A DNA stretch of 52,613 nucleotides, the filler included, from Bipalium vagum (lineage: Eukaryota), in NCBI GenBank assembly GCA_037834085.1. It is 3 parts of 3 records of this genome, joined end to end, with 100 filler letters (N's around TTAATTAATTAA, not from the genome) between each part and the next. Parts side by side here need not be neighbours in the genome. Positions count along the whole stretch, not along the records: positions 1 to 17,327 come from JBBMKC010071046.1; 2 more parts are not named here. One strand, given 5' to 3'. A program made the translations under genes and the position numbers. The notes under the pieces are model-generated. The model saw only the letters and a program-made list of their open reading frames with translations. It had not been told where the DNA came from and made no database searches. Of the stretch, positions 1-13,200 are shown in pieces; the stretch's first letter is position 1; the number at the start of each line of letters is the position of its first letter.

Positions 1-165
1 TCTTTCTCCATCGTGAAATTAATATTTTCATGTAGACTATTCATGTATGTTAAAAATGGATTGATGTGATTTTCACTTTCGAATATTAAAATACGTCATC
101 CACATATCTTCTATAAGCCAGTGGTTTACTTTCTTGGTAATTGTCGATTTTCATTTCTATCTATA
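1..165 (-). mobile_element. Penelope-like element (PLE) reverse transcriptase fragment, frameshifted, runs off window edge
   Basis: Manual minus-strand translation: IEMKIDNYQESKPLAYRRYVDDVF / IFESENHINPFLTYMNSLHENINFTMEKE. YVDD is at 95-106, and the following 'LNS.H.NI.FT.E.E' pattern is typical of PLE RTs. One frameshift after YVDDVF. Confidence 0.85.
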
Positions 166-464
166 TATCAATGAAAATTCCTGTCAATGAAATAAGTTGA
201 TGGTCAAAAAAGACAATTCAAGAAATTCATATTTGAAATATACATAGTCATGGATCCACATTTTGGGACATTATCCAAGACATTTGCTGAACTATCACTC
301 AGAAAAAAGAGAATATATGAATGTATACGTATAAATGAAATAATTTTTGTTTGCAGCTCAAATTATCAACAAAACTATAAGACTAGTTGATTTTTTATGT
401 CCTATACAAATAATTATAATATTTTACATGAGAAAAAGAATCTCAAAATACCTATAAAATTGAT

Positions 465-1281
465 TTACAACCAAGTTTCTACAGGTATTATTCTTTCTCG
501 TGTAACAAAAGAAGGTTCCAGGTTTTCTTCCATCAAAAATCTTGATGGGTAGGTCACCAGATGACCTTGAATATGCTTCACTTTTTCTTTCGATAAAGTC
601 GGATTTGTATCTGCCAAAGTTTTTTGTAACTTAAGTTTGTTGAAGCTCGAAAAAGTTTGAATATTATCTGACGGAACACAAGAGAATATTTCTTCAAACA
701 AATCAGTATTTTTCTTGGCAATTGCAATCCAAATATCGACAAAAAATGATTGTTGAACTGGATCATCAAGCATTTTTGGGTTGAATACTGCCTTGGAAGG
801 GTCTGCACTTAAACTTATTCCTAAATGCTCGCACATCAACGACTTTCGCAGTGATGAATTGAAACAGCCAACATTTACATTATTGTTTCCAATTTTACAT
901 TGAACAAATTTTTCATCTTCTAAGTAAAAAGCAATCTCACTGTCCCGAGAACCGAGCATACTTCGGTCGTTCAGGTTCGCTGAGCCGATTATTGAGTACA
1001 TGTCATCGACAATCATCAGCTTGCTATGAACATAAATTTGTTCCGTAAACAATCTTTCATTTATGTAACCGTAGTTTCGCAATGCACCGATAAAAATATA
1101 TTGATTTGGATCAATTTTTAACTTGCGCAGATTTTCAAATAATGAATTTTTACCTCGAAAAAGTGACTTATAAATGTAATTAAGGACTGTATAAAGTGCC
1201 GGACTTTTGAAACCATCTGTTTCAGTTTCGAATGCAGGGAGCAGAGGTAGTATAATGTAAACACGAAATAGCTTAGACTGA
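465..1281 (-). CDS. PLD1: PLD terminal exon with second HKD motif
   Basis: ORF extends upstream of the tracked start to acceptor ttttcag at 1282-1288. Encodes [18 protein letters not shown]...[11 protein letters not shown]...IIPVETWL then stop. Confidence 0.95.
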
Positions 1282-4200
1282 CTGAAAATTAAAAATTGTT
1301 ATCAAGATTTTTTACTGATCAGTGTAATAATTATTTTATTTATATATATAGGGATCCATAAAATGTTCTTGTAAAAAAGTAATTAGGGACACAAAAATTC
1401 ATAATAATGATATTTTTTCTTTATTAAAAATATGTTGTTTTGGTGAATTTTTATAAAATATTTCAGATAGTTTTAATTTAATATAGAATTAGAAAATTTA
1501 GAAGTAAAAATACCGGTAATTACTGAATTTCTAATAAATTTTATGTAATAATAATTTTTTAAATTATTAATAGTTGGCACTGACTAACATTGTCATCAAT
1601 AATTTAAAAATCTGTAAAATAGAATTTTTTACAAATTTATAATATTAAATTTATATCAGTATCTTTAAAATAACTTATATTATTTAATGTTCTAAAAAAA
1701 AGATATTTAAATAGATTTTGTTTAAATTATTAAAATGTTTTTAATTTGAAAAGTAAAATTTAGTATCTTTCAAAATTGTAATATTAAATATTAGAACTAA
1801 ATTTACTTTAGCCAGATTTAATTGATTAATTATATTAAATCTAATGAAAATAATTTTAAAATTAATTTATCTATAATTTTTATATTTTAGTTTATTTTTA
1901 ATTTCTAAACTATTTAAAATTAAGAGTTGTATTTCAATAATAACAGGCTCATTGTGATGAAACGGTTGAAGTAAATTTCTGATGTACCGGCATTAATAGA
2001 GACTGCAATAGTCTGTATAATTATAATAATACAATTAATTAATAATACTAATATTAAGATGTTCTAAAATAATATTATTCTGTAGCTCAGTTCCGAATCG
2101 GTCGATCCATAATTGTGATATCTAAGTTCATAGGCGACTGAATCGAGCTGCCCAACAAATTAGACTACAGTTTCGAAACAGGAGTTTCTTATGAAGATAG
2201 TTGATAATTAGATTGTACGTCAGGAGTTCTATTGTACAATTCGCTAAAGAAGAAAATTTCCAAAGACTTAAGAATTTTGAATTGTAAATGAATTCTGTTG
2301 AGTTTGATTGTTTTTAAGCGAACCAAATGTGCGTTACTGATCTATTTTTCTTTGATAAAATTATATGTTGTTTTGCGCGAAATTTGTTAGTTCATAAATA
2401 TTAACTAGTAATTCTTTGTTTTCTTTATTTAATTTTACATTATATTTGAGATTCGGAAATATATTATTATCTTGACTTTAATGAATACCATTTAACAATT
2501 TTTGAATGTGCACAGGTCTGACAAATTCATAAGATGTCATCTCATTTTGAGAAAAAGACCATTTTAACAGACTAATCATAAGGTTTTGGTTTATAATGGA
2601 ATATCCTAATAAACACGAAAGGTCCAATTTCTTACTAAACTTCGGTTTTTCAAAAAATGAATTTTTATTGAAATATTTTACTTTAACATTTCTAAAATTG
2701 GAGTAAAAAAGTTTGAATATCGCCGGATAATTCTTTAAATTTTCTGGTTTATAAAATTAATTTATAAGTTTACTATTATTGAAATATAAATTTCGCAATT
2801 TTTCTCTTAAATACTCATTTCATAGTTTATCTTTTCCAAAAGAAATCCAAACATTTGTATAAAAATGATAAAAAAATATATTGTGTTGCGCGAACTTTGA
2901 ACAACAATAATTTTAAAATAATATTTCTATTTTATATGAAAATCGTAGATATATAAACTATACATGATAAACACCTTTATTATAAATCTGGCCTAGTTTC
3001 TTTGTCCAATTGTTAAATTGTGATTTTCCGTTATTTGGAGCCACTCTCTTGAATATTATAGACCAATTTGTTTTGAAATTTTATATTGTTTCTTAATACT
3101 CTGTTTAAATTCTCTTGTAGTGAAGCCCCAACAATTTTCCATAGGATGTGCTTGAAGTACGTTAGGAGGATTTTTTTAATTTCGGTACATATTTAATGTT
3201 TTTTCTCTAATTCCTCCAATACAACTTTTGTAAAACGTCTTATCCTCAAACATCCATAATTTTGAAATAAATAGTCTTTATTCATTCGTTATTTCAATTA
3301 TATCTTTTTTGACATCAACCAGGTCTTGTGGCTTATAATGCAATGTTCATGGTAAACATTGCTTTGGACGGCATTAAGTGCTGAGAGACATTTTTTCTAA
3401 GATTTTTTCCAATTTAAGTTAATTTTGAGGTCGGCATAAAACTATCTTTAACTGATATGAGAAAAGGTTTATACACGGTGTCCCATAAGTCACCGTAGAA
3501 AGTAAGCTTAATATCTTTCATCAAATTCAATCGATTGAAATTTCTATTTATATAATATTAAAGTATGTAAGTTTAAGTTTTGTTTTAATATTTTACAATT
3601 AGATTCAGCAAATTTCGCTTGATTTGAAGTTAAGAATCAAAATTTTACTTTTCATGGCCAAATTCAACTAAATTTGTGTTGTTAAACGGAAATTAAATGA
3701 CGAATTTGGGAAAATCTCACCAAGTGAAAGTGCTATAAGAAAGACTTTTCATCGTTTTTGTGAGATTGGAAGATCGTGAACGTTCTGAAAGACCAAGACT
3801 GATTACTAAAATGAAGTTCAGAAAATGAGTGAAGTTATTGAAAATGACCCACAACGCAGTGTTCGATCTGTTGCAACCACCTGATTCATTTCGCGAACAA
3901 CAACCCATCGAATTATGAGAGAACCGTCATCATTGAAACCCTTTAAGGTTCATTCCACGCAGGAATTACATGAAGATGATTTGCAGGACGGAGTTGAGAT
4001 GTGCAAAACCCTTGTCACAATGTTAGAAAATGTGGATATTCAGGAAAATATTTTCTTTTCAGATGAAGCAACTTTTTACCTAACAGGATTAGTAAATTAA
4101 CATAACGTCGGATATTGGTCAGAAAGAAATCCACATGTTACTTTTGAAACTGTTAGAAAATACCAGAAGGTAAATGTTTGTTTTCCTTTGTTAAAAATAA

Positions 4201-7200
4201 AATTATCGGTTCGTATTTCTTTATAGATGAGACTGTTAATAGCCAAAATTATCTACCAATATTTCAAGACTATTTTATGTTTTAAGTGAGAAAGATGTAC
4301 AAAGTACTGTGTCTGGTATTTCAGCAAGATAGAGCTCCTGCGTATTTTTCACCAAATGTATGACGGTATCCTGATGTTCATTTTCCAAACAGGTAGATTG
4401 GGAGAGGTGGTTCAATTCAATGAGCTCCACATTCACCAGATTTAACTCCTCTTGACTTCTATTTATGGGTCCATATAAAGAATAAGATATACAAATCTGA
4501 AATCATAAGTATTGACGATTTGAAAATAAAAATTACCGCAAAAATAAAGTGTTATCACAGAAACTCTGAATAGCGTATTTTTAAATATTGCAAAAAGAAT
4601 GAATTTATGTTAATGGTAGTCATTTCGAACAATTGCAACTATTTTGTGAAATAAAAATTAAGAGATTTGTCTTTAATTTTATAAAGCAAGCGATTAAATA
4701 TCTCAATCTGCTTAAGAAATATTTTAGTTTACTTTACGCGGTGACTTATGGGACACCCTGTATCTTCATGTTCATTGATACTTCGATGTTGCCTACAACA
4801 ACTGCAACGATGTGGCAAACCTTCTCACATTTTTTTTGTTTATTGTAAATCATAATAGAAACATTGATGAAATTTAATTTTTCTTGTCACAATAGTTCTA
4901 AAAGGTTAGATGTCAAAAAATATTATTAGGTATTTTTTTTTCATTACTATTTTGTTTAAATACTAAGGTGAGTCCAAAGTCTTATATGTTTTTATGCGAA
5001 AATTTAATTTAAAAACAAAATAAATTATGTTATTCCTCGAAGTGGATTTCTATGTACAAAACTTATGTTATGCAGATGACGCACAATGGTCCTTTGGGAA
5101 TGACCTCTGACAAATAACAAATAACAAAATATAATATTTTACTTGCCTATGAAAATATATAATCCTTTCCAGTATAGCTTTGGCTATCTCATTTTTTACC
5201 ACGTTGGCATCTTGGATTGAAGAACTAATGAAGAACTGATTTTCGATATAAATGAAATGTTGAGCCTTTCTAATAGTCTCGATGTAGGCGTTGAGAATTG
5301 AATTTTCTGTTGAATTGATGTCCGCTGACCATTTAGAAACGCTGCGTAGAACCTGGGACTTGACAATTTCGCAGTTCATGACAGTAATCTTTTGGATCTC
5401 TGAATGCTCATAGCTTTTGGGAATCAGCATACAATATTTTTTCCATTTCTTTGGTTTTTCTTTCTATTTTATTACATTCAGCATCAGAAAAATTCACAGA
5501 TATGGTTTTATAAGATAATTTATCAAGCTCAGTGTCAATTGAAGTATATTTTTCTTTCTATTAATATTGAAATAATGGTTTAGAAATTTAGATGGCCACA
5601 AAAAACTAGTTATACAGGGTTTTAAGTTCATTAACAAATTGTTTTAACTAAATAAGAAACTTTTAAACTCCAATAACCTTTGTTTTAATGGTTGTATTTT
5701 TGCAATTAACTCGTATTTTAGATCTTGAGAATGTCAGAATGTAAGAAAAATACGATAACTGATAATATCAAGAAATTGATAATTGGAAATTACTATAATG
5801 GGAAAAAATTGAAAGAGTTGGTAAATACGACTTTCGTACAGTCTCTTTACCCAAAGGAACCATTAATGTGTATAAAAAAAACAAGGACATGTTTAAGAAG
5901 AAGAGGCTCAAGAATTTGCAAAACAACTTTAGAAATGAAAGAATTTATTCGTGATGAAATCGACAATAAATTTTATATTCCTCTGACAATTTTAAAAAAC
6001 AATGGAAAAATTCAAGGTTAGTTTTTAGAAACAGCTACTAATAGCTGTCTGAAAGACGTCCATTATTTTTTAAAAAAATAAAGGTAACAGCGAAGTTTTG
6101 TACTAGAATTGATCCAAGAGAGGATTACATATGCTATCGAATTTCAAGATGTATTCACGATAAAAAATAATGGTAACATTTTTATTGATGAGGTTGGATT
6201 TAACGTCAGTATGCGATCAAAAAGATTTAAAATGGCAACTACCGGTAAGAAATATACCTGTCTTACTATCACGGAACATAAGCGTTTGTTGCTCAATAAA
6301 TAAGAATGGTGATATATTCTGCGAGTAACAAAATCATGCATTTGCATTAAACTTTTTTTAAATTCAACTTTTTTTTTGCATATATTGAAAATCTAACGTC
6401 ATGGATATCAGAAAATTGTAAATTGACACTGTGTACATTGGTAATGGATATGGTACCTTTTCACAAAAATACTAAAATAAAAGATTTAATCAAGCAGTGT
6501 CATGAATTATGTTTTTTACCAGCATATTCAAATATATATTTTCATGAAACGTGTTTCGAACTTTTATTTTTCAGTTCTTCATCAGTCAATGTTTTTGATA
6601 TTTACATTTTAAATCGCTAAATAACGTTATCTAAATATTAAAAATTATTTTTCTTAATTATTATTAGATAAAATAATTTTTAGTGTTATTATTATTATTT
6701 AATATTATTATTGCTATTATTATGTGGTTGCTATTTAAAATGAAAAAAGATAATAAGAAACTTAAAACTTTTATTTACTTTATTTTCAATATAATAATTT
6801 TCAGAAAATTATTTTCCTTCAGTCTTCTGAAAAGTTTTCTCTAAATTTGGCAATTTTTAACGATAATGGTCAGAATAACAAAATAAAATTATATATTTAT
6901 TTTTATATTTTAAAATTGTTAATAATAATATATGCTGCGGTATTTTACAGAAAAAGAAAAAATTTTTTGTTAGAAAAATTATGGAGCATTTCTATGAACA
7001 TTTTTTATTCAATATCAAATTTATTACTTAATTATTTAAGAAATTAATTTTTCAAAGAATTTAAGAAAATTAAATATAAATGAAATATAAATTTTTTATG
7101 ATCAACAAATTTCTACCATTACCGAATTTTTCAACATTAAATAGTTCTTTTTTAAATAGTTCAGCATTTTATTGAAATAAAACTTAAACAATTTTTTAAC

Positions 7201-10200
7201 TTTGATTTCAAATGAAAATTGATTTTAGTCTATCTAGTCTAGTTATGTAACAGGTTTCTGGCAAGATGTTTAACAAATGAGAATAATGTTAAAGGAATCT
7301 TCGTCTCCTGGATAAGGTCATACCAAGGTTTTACCGAATATAATAACTAAAGACGAGGTGCTATTGAGTTTCTACATTCATTAATGTAAAAGCTAGTCAT
7401 TTGAATGGGTTTTCAAAAAGAGAAATCATATAAGACCTGCGTCTCGGAATTTTGAATAGTAAATGTGTCATTTTGAGCGTCTTTTGGGATAGAAATGGCA
7501 TCTTGATGTTTACGTATTGTTAAAAAAAATTGATGAGTTGAGCTGATTTTTTCTGTTAGAGTCTAAGTATTTTTTAGCCTTATCACTTAATAGTAAATTT
7601 TCAAAATTGATATTGTGATAATTAATTTAAAGGAAAATTTATAATTTGAAAAAATGAATTCTTCAAAACTGTTTGAAATAAAATTTTAATAACTTTTCAT
7701 ATATTATTAATGTTAGATGTGCATAAAAAATAATACATCTATCAATAATAACAAAGTATCTCTAAGACAAATAGACCTGATTTTGTTGATGTAAAATTTT
7801 TTTAACTAAAAATGTTTATATAATGAAAGTAAATCAGAATGTTTACCAGGACCACATTCCATCTCTGAATAAAATGCCTGGCCAAATCGCGAGCTGAACG
7901 TCCGTATACAATAGCACCAACATCATGCCAAGGCATTCTCGGAATAGACCTGCGATCGTCTAAATCTTATAAAATACTTTACAAATGAGATAATATTTAA
8001 AGTAAATATTTAATCTGAAAATCATTTTTTTCTAAAGACACTGGGACTGTCACTACGGACAACCACATTAAGGACAGTCTTTCATTGTTCCTATTCAATT
8101 TAGCCCACAATAATAAATTTTTTTTCAACGGTTACTGTGGTAACAGCTGATCCGAGAAATAATCATTTAAATAGAAACAGATGAAATAGATTAATTCTCG
8201 TACAAAATGTATGATGACAAAAAAGGTTTATAAATCTGAAACGTCCCTCCCCTTTTGTTTTTCTCATAATTTCTGCTACCTCGCAAAACACTGTCAAATA
8301 ACAGGATGACGTTCCATCAGAAAACTACCAGGAATTGGTTTTGTCGAAAATTAAAAGAGAAATTAATATTAAAAACACTTTAACAGAAAGATATAAGAAT
8401 CTGTGATAATAATTTTTAATTTGTTTAAAACAAATATGCTAGAAAAGAAAAAACGTATAAAATTTCACTATTATCTGATTCTGCAGTACTGTGATCTTTC
8501 ACAATCCAGTTGACGTAGTCACGGCCTGCAAATAATGATTCTGGACCGATTTTGTTCCCCTTAGTCGCATTGTTGTAGTTGACCAGACTGTTGGTTCTGT
8601 AAAAAAATTTCACATGACAATAATGAAGACAAAGAATACAATGAATTCCAACTTCCATTCCGATGATCTCTTTGAAATTTGATAGAGCTGAAAATGTATG
8701 AGAAAAGAATAAAACACAATGGATTTCTCAAGATAATGCAACTGAACTTGATAAAGATAGCATGGTGTCGGTGGTTTCATCAACGATTTTCGAATTTTCC
8801 TGTATGTCTCAGCGGTCCATCCCGAGCACGGGATCAGAGAAGAGTATAATTCTCAAAGATTTACCAAATGAGATAGGAAAAGGAAAAGAAATTTGTATAT
8901 ACTTATTATTAGTACAATATTTTTATATTATTGGACAATTATTAGTTATAAATAAATAATATTTTCAATGTTTATGTTGATATTTGCGGAAAAGTAAAAG
9001 ATTTGATGCTTTAACAAGTTCTAAAATCGTCCTTGGTATTGATTTTCAATTTATTTATTTGAGTTAATTAATTTCTAATTAATTCACAATTTAAAGATTC
9101 AAAAGGTATAGCTTCAATATTTCTAAGCATACATGTGGGGAATCGAGTTTTATGTTTTCTTCTTTTAACAGACTTCTCTCATGTTTCTTCATTGAATGCA
9201 TTATCGATGGTGAAATTTGTCGAACAATAGTCCACATTATTGAAGAAATACAATTTAACAAACATGTTAATTATTCAATTTGGTATAGTTCTTTGAATAA
9301 AATTAAAAAGAGTTTTTTCAGGACAACTGATTTTTTTTTAAAATAAGCAACAGAGAATAATGATATTATTAAAACTCTTAACAAAAACATTCACTTATAT
9401 TTGTAATCATAGAGTTTTCTGATCAAAACAGAATATTAAAAAAAAACATTTATTTTAATTAATATTTATTCTTATTAAAAAAATCCTGTAAGTTTTAACC
9501 TAAAAGTTTACCAAGACAACTTCAATGATTTCATCTTTTCCAGAACTCCTGAATATCACTTTAGGAACACAAATAAACTTTTCCCTTGAAAGACAAGCTG
9601 TATTAAATCGAATAGTTTCTTATTTTAAATAATACTGTTTTGTTTTACTTTAAATATATACATTAAAAGTTTAAGGTCAAAAACCCATATTATTTTTAAA
9701 CAAAATAATAAATAGGAAAATAAAGTAAAAATATTCACGATCATAATCTTCATAATTTTTAAAACTCTAAAATCAGTCTTTGAAGCTTATCTTCCAATAC
9801 AAAGTCGGTATGGTTAAAAGAATGCTTTTAAAAAAGATTTTTATTTATCCAAAAAATACATATATTGATATTTTTTCTTTGGTTTCATAGATTTAAAGCT
9901 TCGAAATATTTTCCTTAATAAATGATACGAAGTAATATTATAGTAAATGTTTGATCTTCGGTTTCTTGAATACTGTGAGATACGAAAAAAGATATTTTGA
10001 TGAAACAAACTAGAAAATCAAGGTTATTTATTAGGCTTTACAGTGCGCGTAAAATGTCTGTTCACCCCCTATAAAAAATTCAATTTTTAATTGAAAAGAA
10101 TATTTTAAATAACGAAAATTATTAAAAACACAAGTCTTAAAATATTTAATAGAATATCCATTTGATTTTTTAACCAATTCTAATCTTTGAACATGGAGAA

Positions 10201-13200
10201 CACAATTCAGATCAGGAGAATTATCTGACAAAGGTAAGACATCAATATTTTTATTTTTAACTTCTTTATGATAAGATCTAATATACAAAAATTAAATAAT
10301 TCCAGTCTTAAAATCCTTTTTATTCAATATAGTCACCTAACTTTTCGTATAGTAATTAAAATATTTCGTTCATTATGGCAAGTTCTTGATAATTGATATT
10401 AAACCCCCGGTTATCAAAGAAACCTTCAACCTTTAAATGATATTAATAGTTATTCGTTAACTGATTTTTCTTCTGACAAGAAGTTGAGAAAATGTGTAAC
10501 AGTGCTCTTTTTTAAATCAATACAATTTTGTTTAACATGATTGTCCATTTCAGCGTCATTAAAAAATGAAATATTGTCATTTGTCTATTTACAATTTTTT
10601 AAGATTATAAAACGTAATTCAATGGCTCAGATAAAAAAAATTTTCAGCTCATTATATAATTTTCACCGAAATTGAGGCATAAATTTCTATCATAATAGCA
10701 ACATGCAACCTTACCCTCTCTGTGGAATTTTGATAACATTTCGAAATAATTTCCCAAATTCATTCGAGTGATTGAGAATACATTGCAATTGTTGGTGGAA
10801 TGAGAATTTGATTCCAAGCTCCTCTGATCTTCACGTCGAGAAAAATAATGTCTTTTACTTATTTTAGATTCTATTTCTGAAGACGGTTTCAAGCCACTAA
10901 ATTTCTTTATATTTTCAAAGAATGATTCTTGTTTTTTATTTGGTACGTGAATAGTTTCTTTGATCCATGGATTAAACATAAGCTTATCAATAATAGTAAT
11001 AAATATAATAATAATTTTAATAAGTATGAAGATAATATTTCGAAATATTGTTTTCAACTGCAATTGGTTTCATGTAAAAGTCAGTAGTATAGTAATATTA
11101 TTAATATGTCCAATAAATACTTGTGAAATTAAAAACTCAATAAATTTTTAAAAATTTATTTTTTTGAAAAATTATTTTAGATTTTAAATGAATATACTGT
11201 GGGGTTTAGTTTTATCATATTACTTTATTTTAGATAATATAATGAAACATTTCTGGAGACAGTTAAAATATACAAGGACTTCTTGAACAAAATTCTTTTC
11301 ACAAACGAATCTGAACGAATATGAATTTTCATCCTAATAGGCAGAAAGATATCGTTTGGTCTCCAGCACAAAAAGGACCACAATCTTCAACTATAATTCC
11401 TCATAAACAATTTCAAAAAGAATTTATGGTGTTGGCAAGATTCTCTTCAAATTTCAAAATTGCACCTTTCTTTTTTAATGAAAATGTTACAGCTGAAAGT
11501 TATAAGTATATGGTGGAAACTCGTGTCATTCCAGCTTTAAAACAAAAAAGAAAGTTTGCTAAAACTATTTTCCACCTTGGAACTATGGTGCAATACCTCG
11601 TACAGCATTAACAAAAAGTTTCTTTCCAAAAAATGGGAAAAGCCGTGTAATCAGTTGGAGCTTCCCATTTGCTTGTTCAAGTTATTCTCCAGATTTCCCT
11701 TCAGTAGTTTACGACTTTGCCCATATATCAAACACAATTTAATTCCAAAATTTTCAACTAGTATCAAAACTGAAAGACGTAATCGAAGACATTACAATAA
11801 TATACCTCAAATACTTTTAAACGAATTGTGTAAATTCAACACATGAAAGATGTGCTTTATGTATAGAAAATAATGGAAATACATTTTGAATAAATTTATT
11901 CTTATAAATCCCTTTTTTTCTGGTTTTTATTATAATTACCATAAATTTAATTAATTAATTATTACTTTTTTAAATTCACAAGTTTATATATACATATATA
12001 CTTGGTTTGGATAAAAATTCCTTAGACTCGTACATAAATAAAAACGTTAATGAAACGAAACTTTGTATTTAGGACATGTAAGCTACATAGGTAAATAAAA
12101 TTAATCACTTTTCTATATAACCACCTTCTGCTTCCAGGAATTTCGTTCATCGATTTATCACAGAAAAGAGACAATTTTTGAAGAAAGTAGTAGGCTTTTC
12201 ATTGAGAAAATCTTGAATATTCGTATGAGATCATCTTCAGACTCAATTCTCTGACCTCGTAGATGCTTCTTTAAGTAATGAAACAAAAGAAATCACTGGG
12301 AGTTAATTCAGGACAATAAGATGGATGTAAAACCAACACAAGGCCTTTTTCTATTATGACATCCACAGTTCGGCAAGCGCTATGAACTGGAACATTATCC
12401 ATGAAGAGAAATAGGTCTTGATTCTTTGGTTTCCGCTGCAGCTCTCTCAGATTACTAAGGATTACACAATATTAGTGATAACATCTTTTGAATCCCAGAA
12501 TACACTGAGAGTCAGACATCTCCGGTGAGATGTCCATGAATGAAGCATGTTTGGTGCGCTTTCCAAGAAATATCAATTCATGAGACTCACGCTTAGTGTA
12601 TGGAATGTAAAGACTCAATGGAGTCTCGTCCTCTGTTACAGTATTCTTCAAAAAACTCTTTCCAAGAAATGAAATTGGTCCAGATTTTCTTGACATGCTC
12701 TCATTTGCTTTTGCCGCATCTCGCTGTCAAAAATAGTGGGCTAAATCTGCTATATAATTTTCTGACTCCAATACTCTCTAACATGTTCTTCTTGCTTAAA
12801 TTAAATTTAGTTGAAAGCTCTTTTTGGGTAATTCGCCTCACTTCTTTTACGATTATCAATTTTTCTAATTTTTGTTCCGAAATTTCTGTAGCTTCTTCGT
12901 AAAACACATTGTTCCTGCCACAGGAAAACTCTCTGATCCAATTATAAACAGTCGTCTTGCATGGTGCATCATTTCCATATGCTTCCTTCAGTTGAGAAAT
13001 GATTTCCTTCTTTTCTGTCTTTTTCAATAGAATATTACGCTTCGGAATTCCACTTGATGATACATTTTTTTCAAAAAGTCATACTTAATGTCAACAAAAG
13101 CTTACCACTTAAAACAAATATCATAATACTACCATATGTATATATAAATTTATTTATTTTAAAATTTCATGAAATTCCTAATTATACCCCTTTTATAAAA

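Noticed and set aside
578-808. Alternative-frame and antisense ORFs over PLD and transposases (e.g. 578-808, 12600-12902, 42516-42752)
   Set aside because: Shadows of real coding or TE sequence with no independent motifs.
2081-2110. TAGCTCAGTT A-box as a tRNA gene
   Set aside because: No cloverleaf or B-box at the proper distance.
9000-9350. Possible hAT remnant (FTIDNAFN on minus strand)
   Set aside because: Only one weak motif, insufficient to call.
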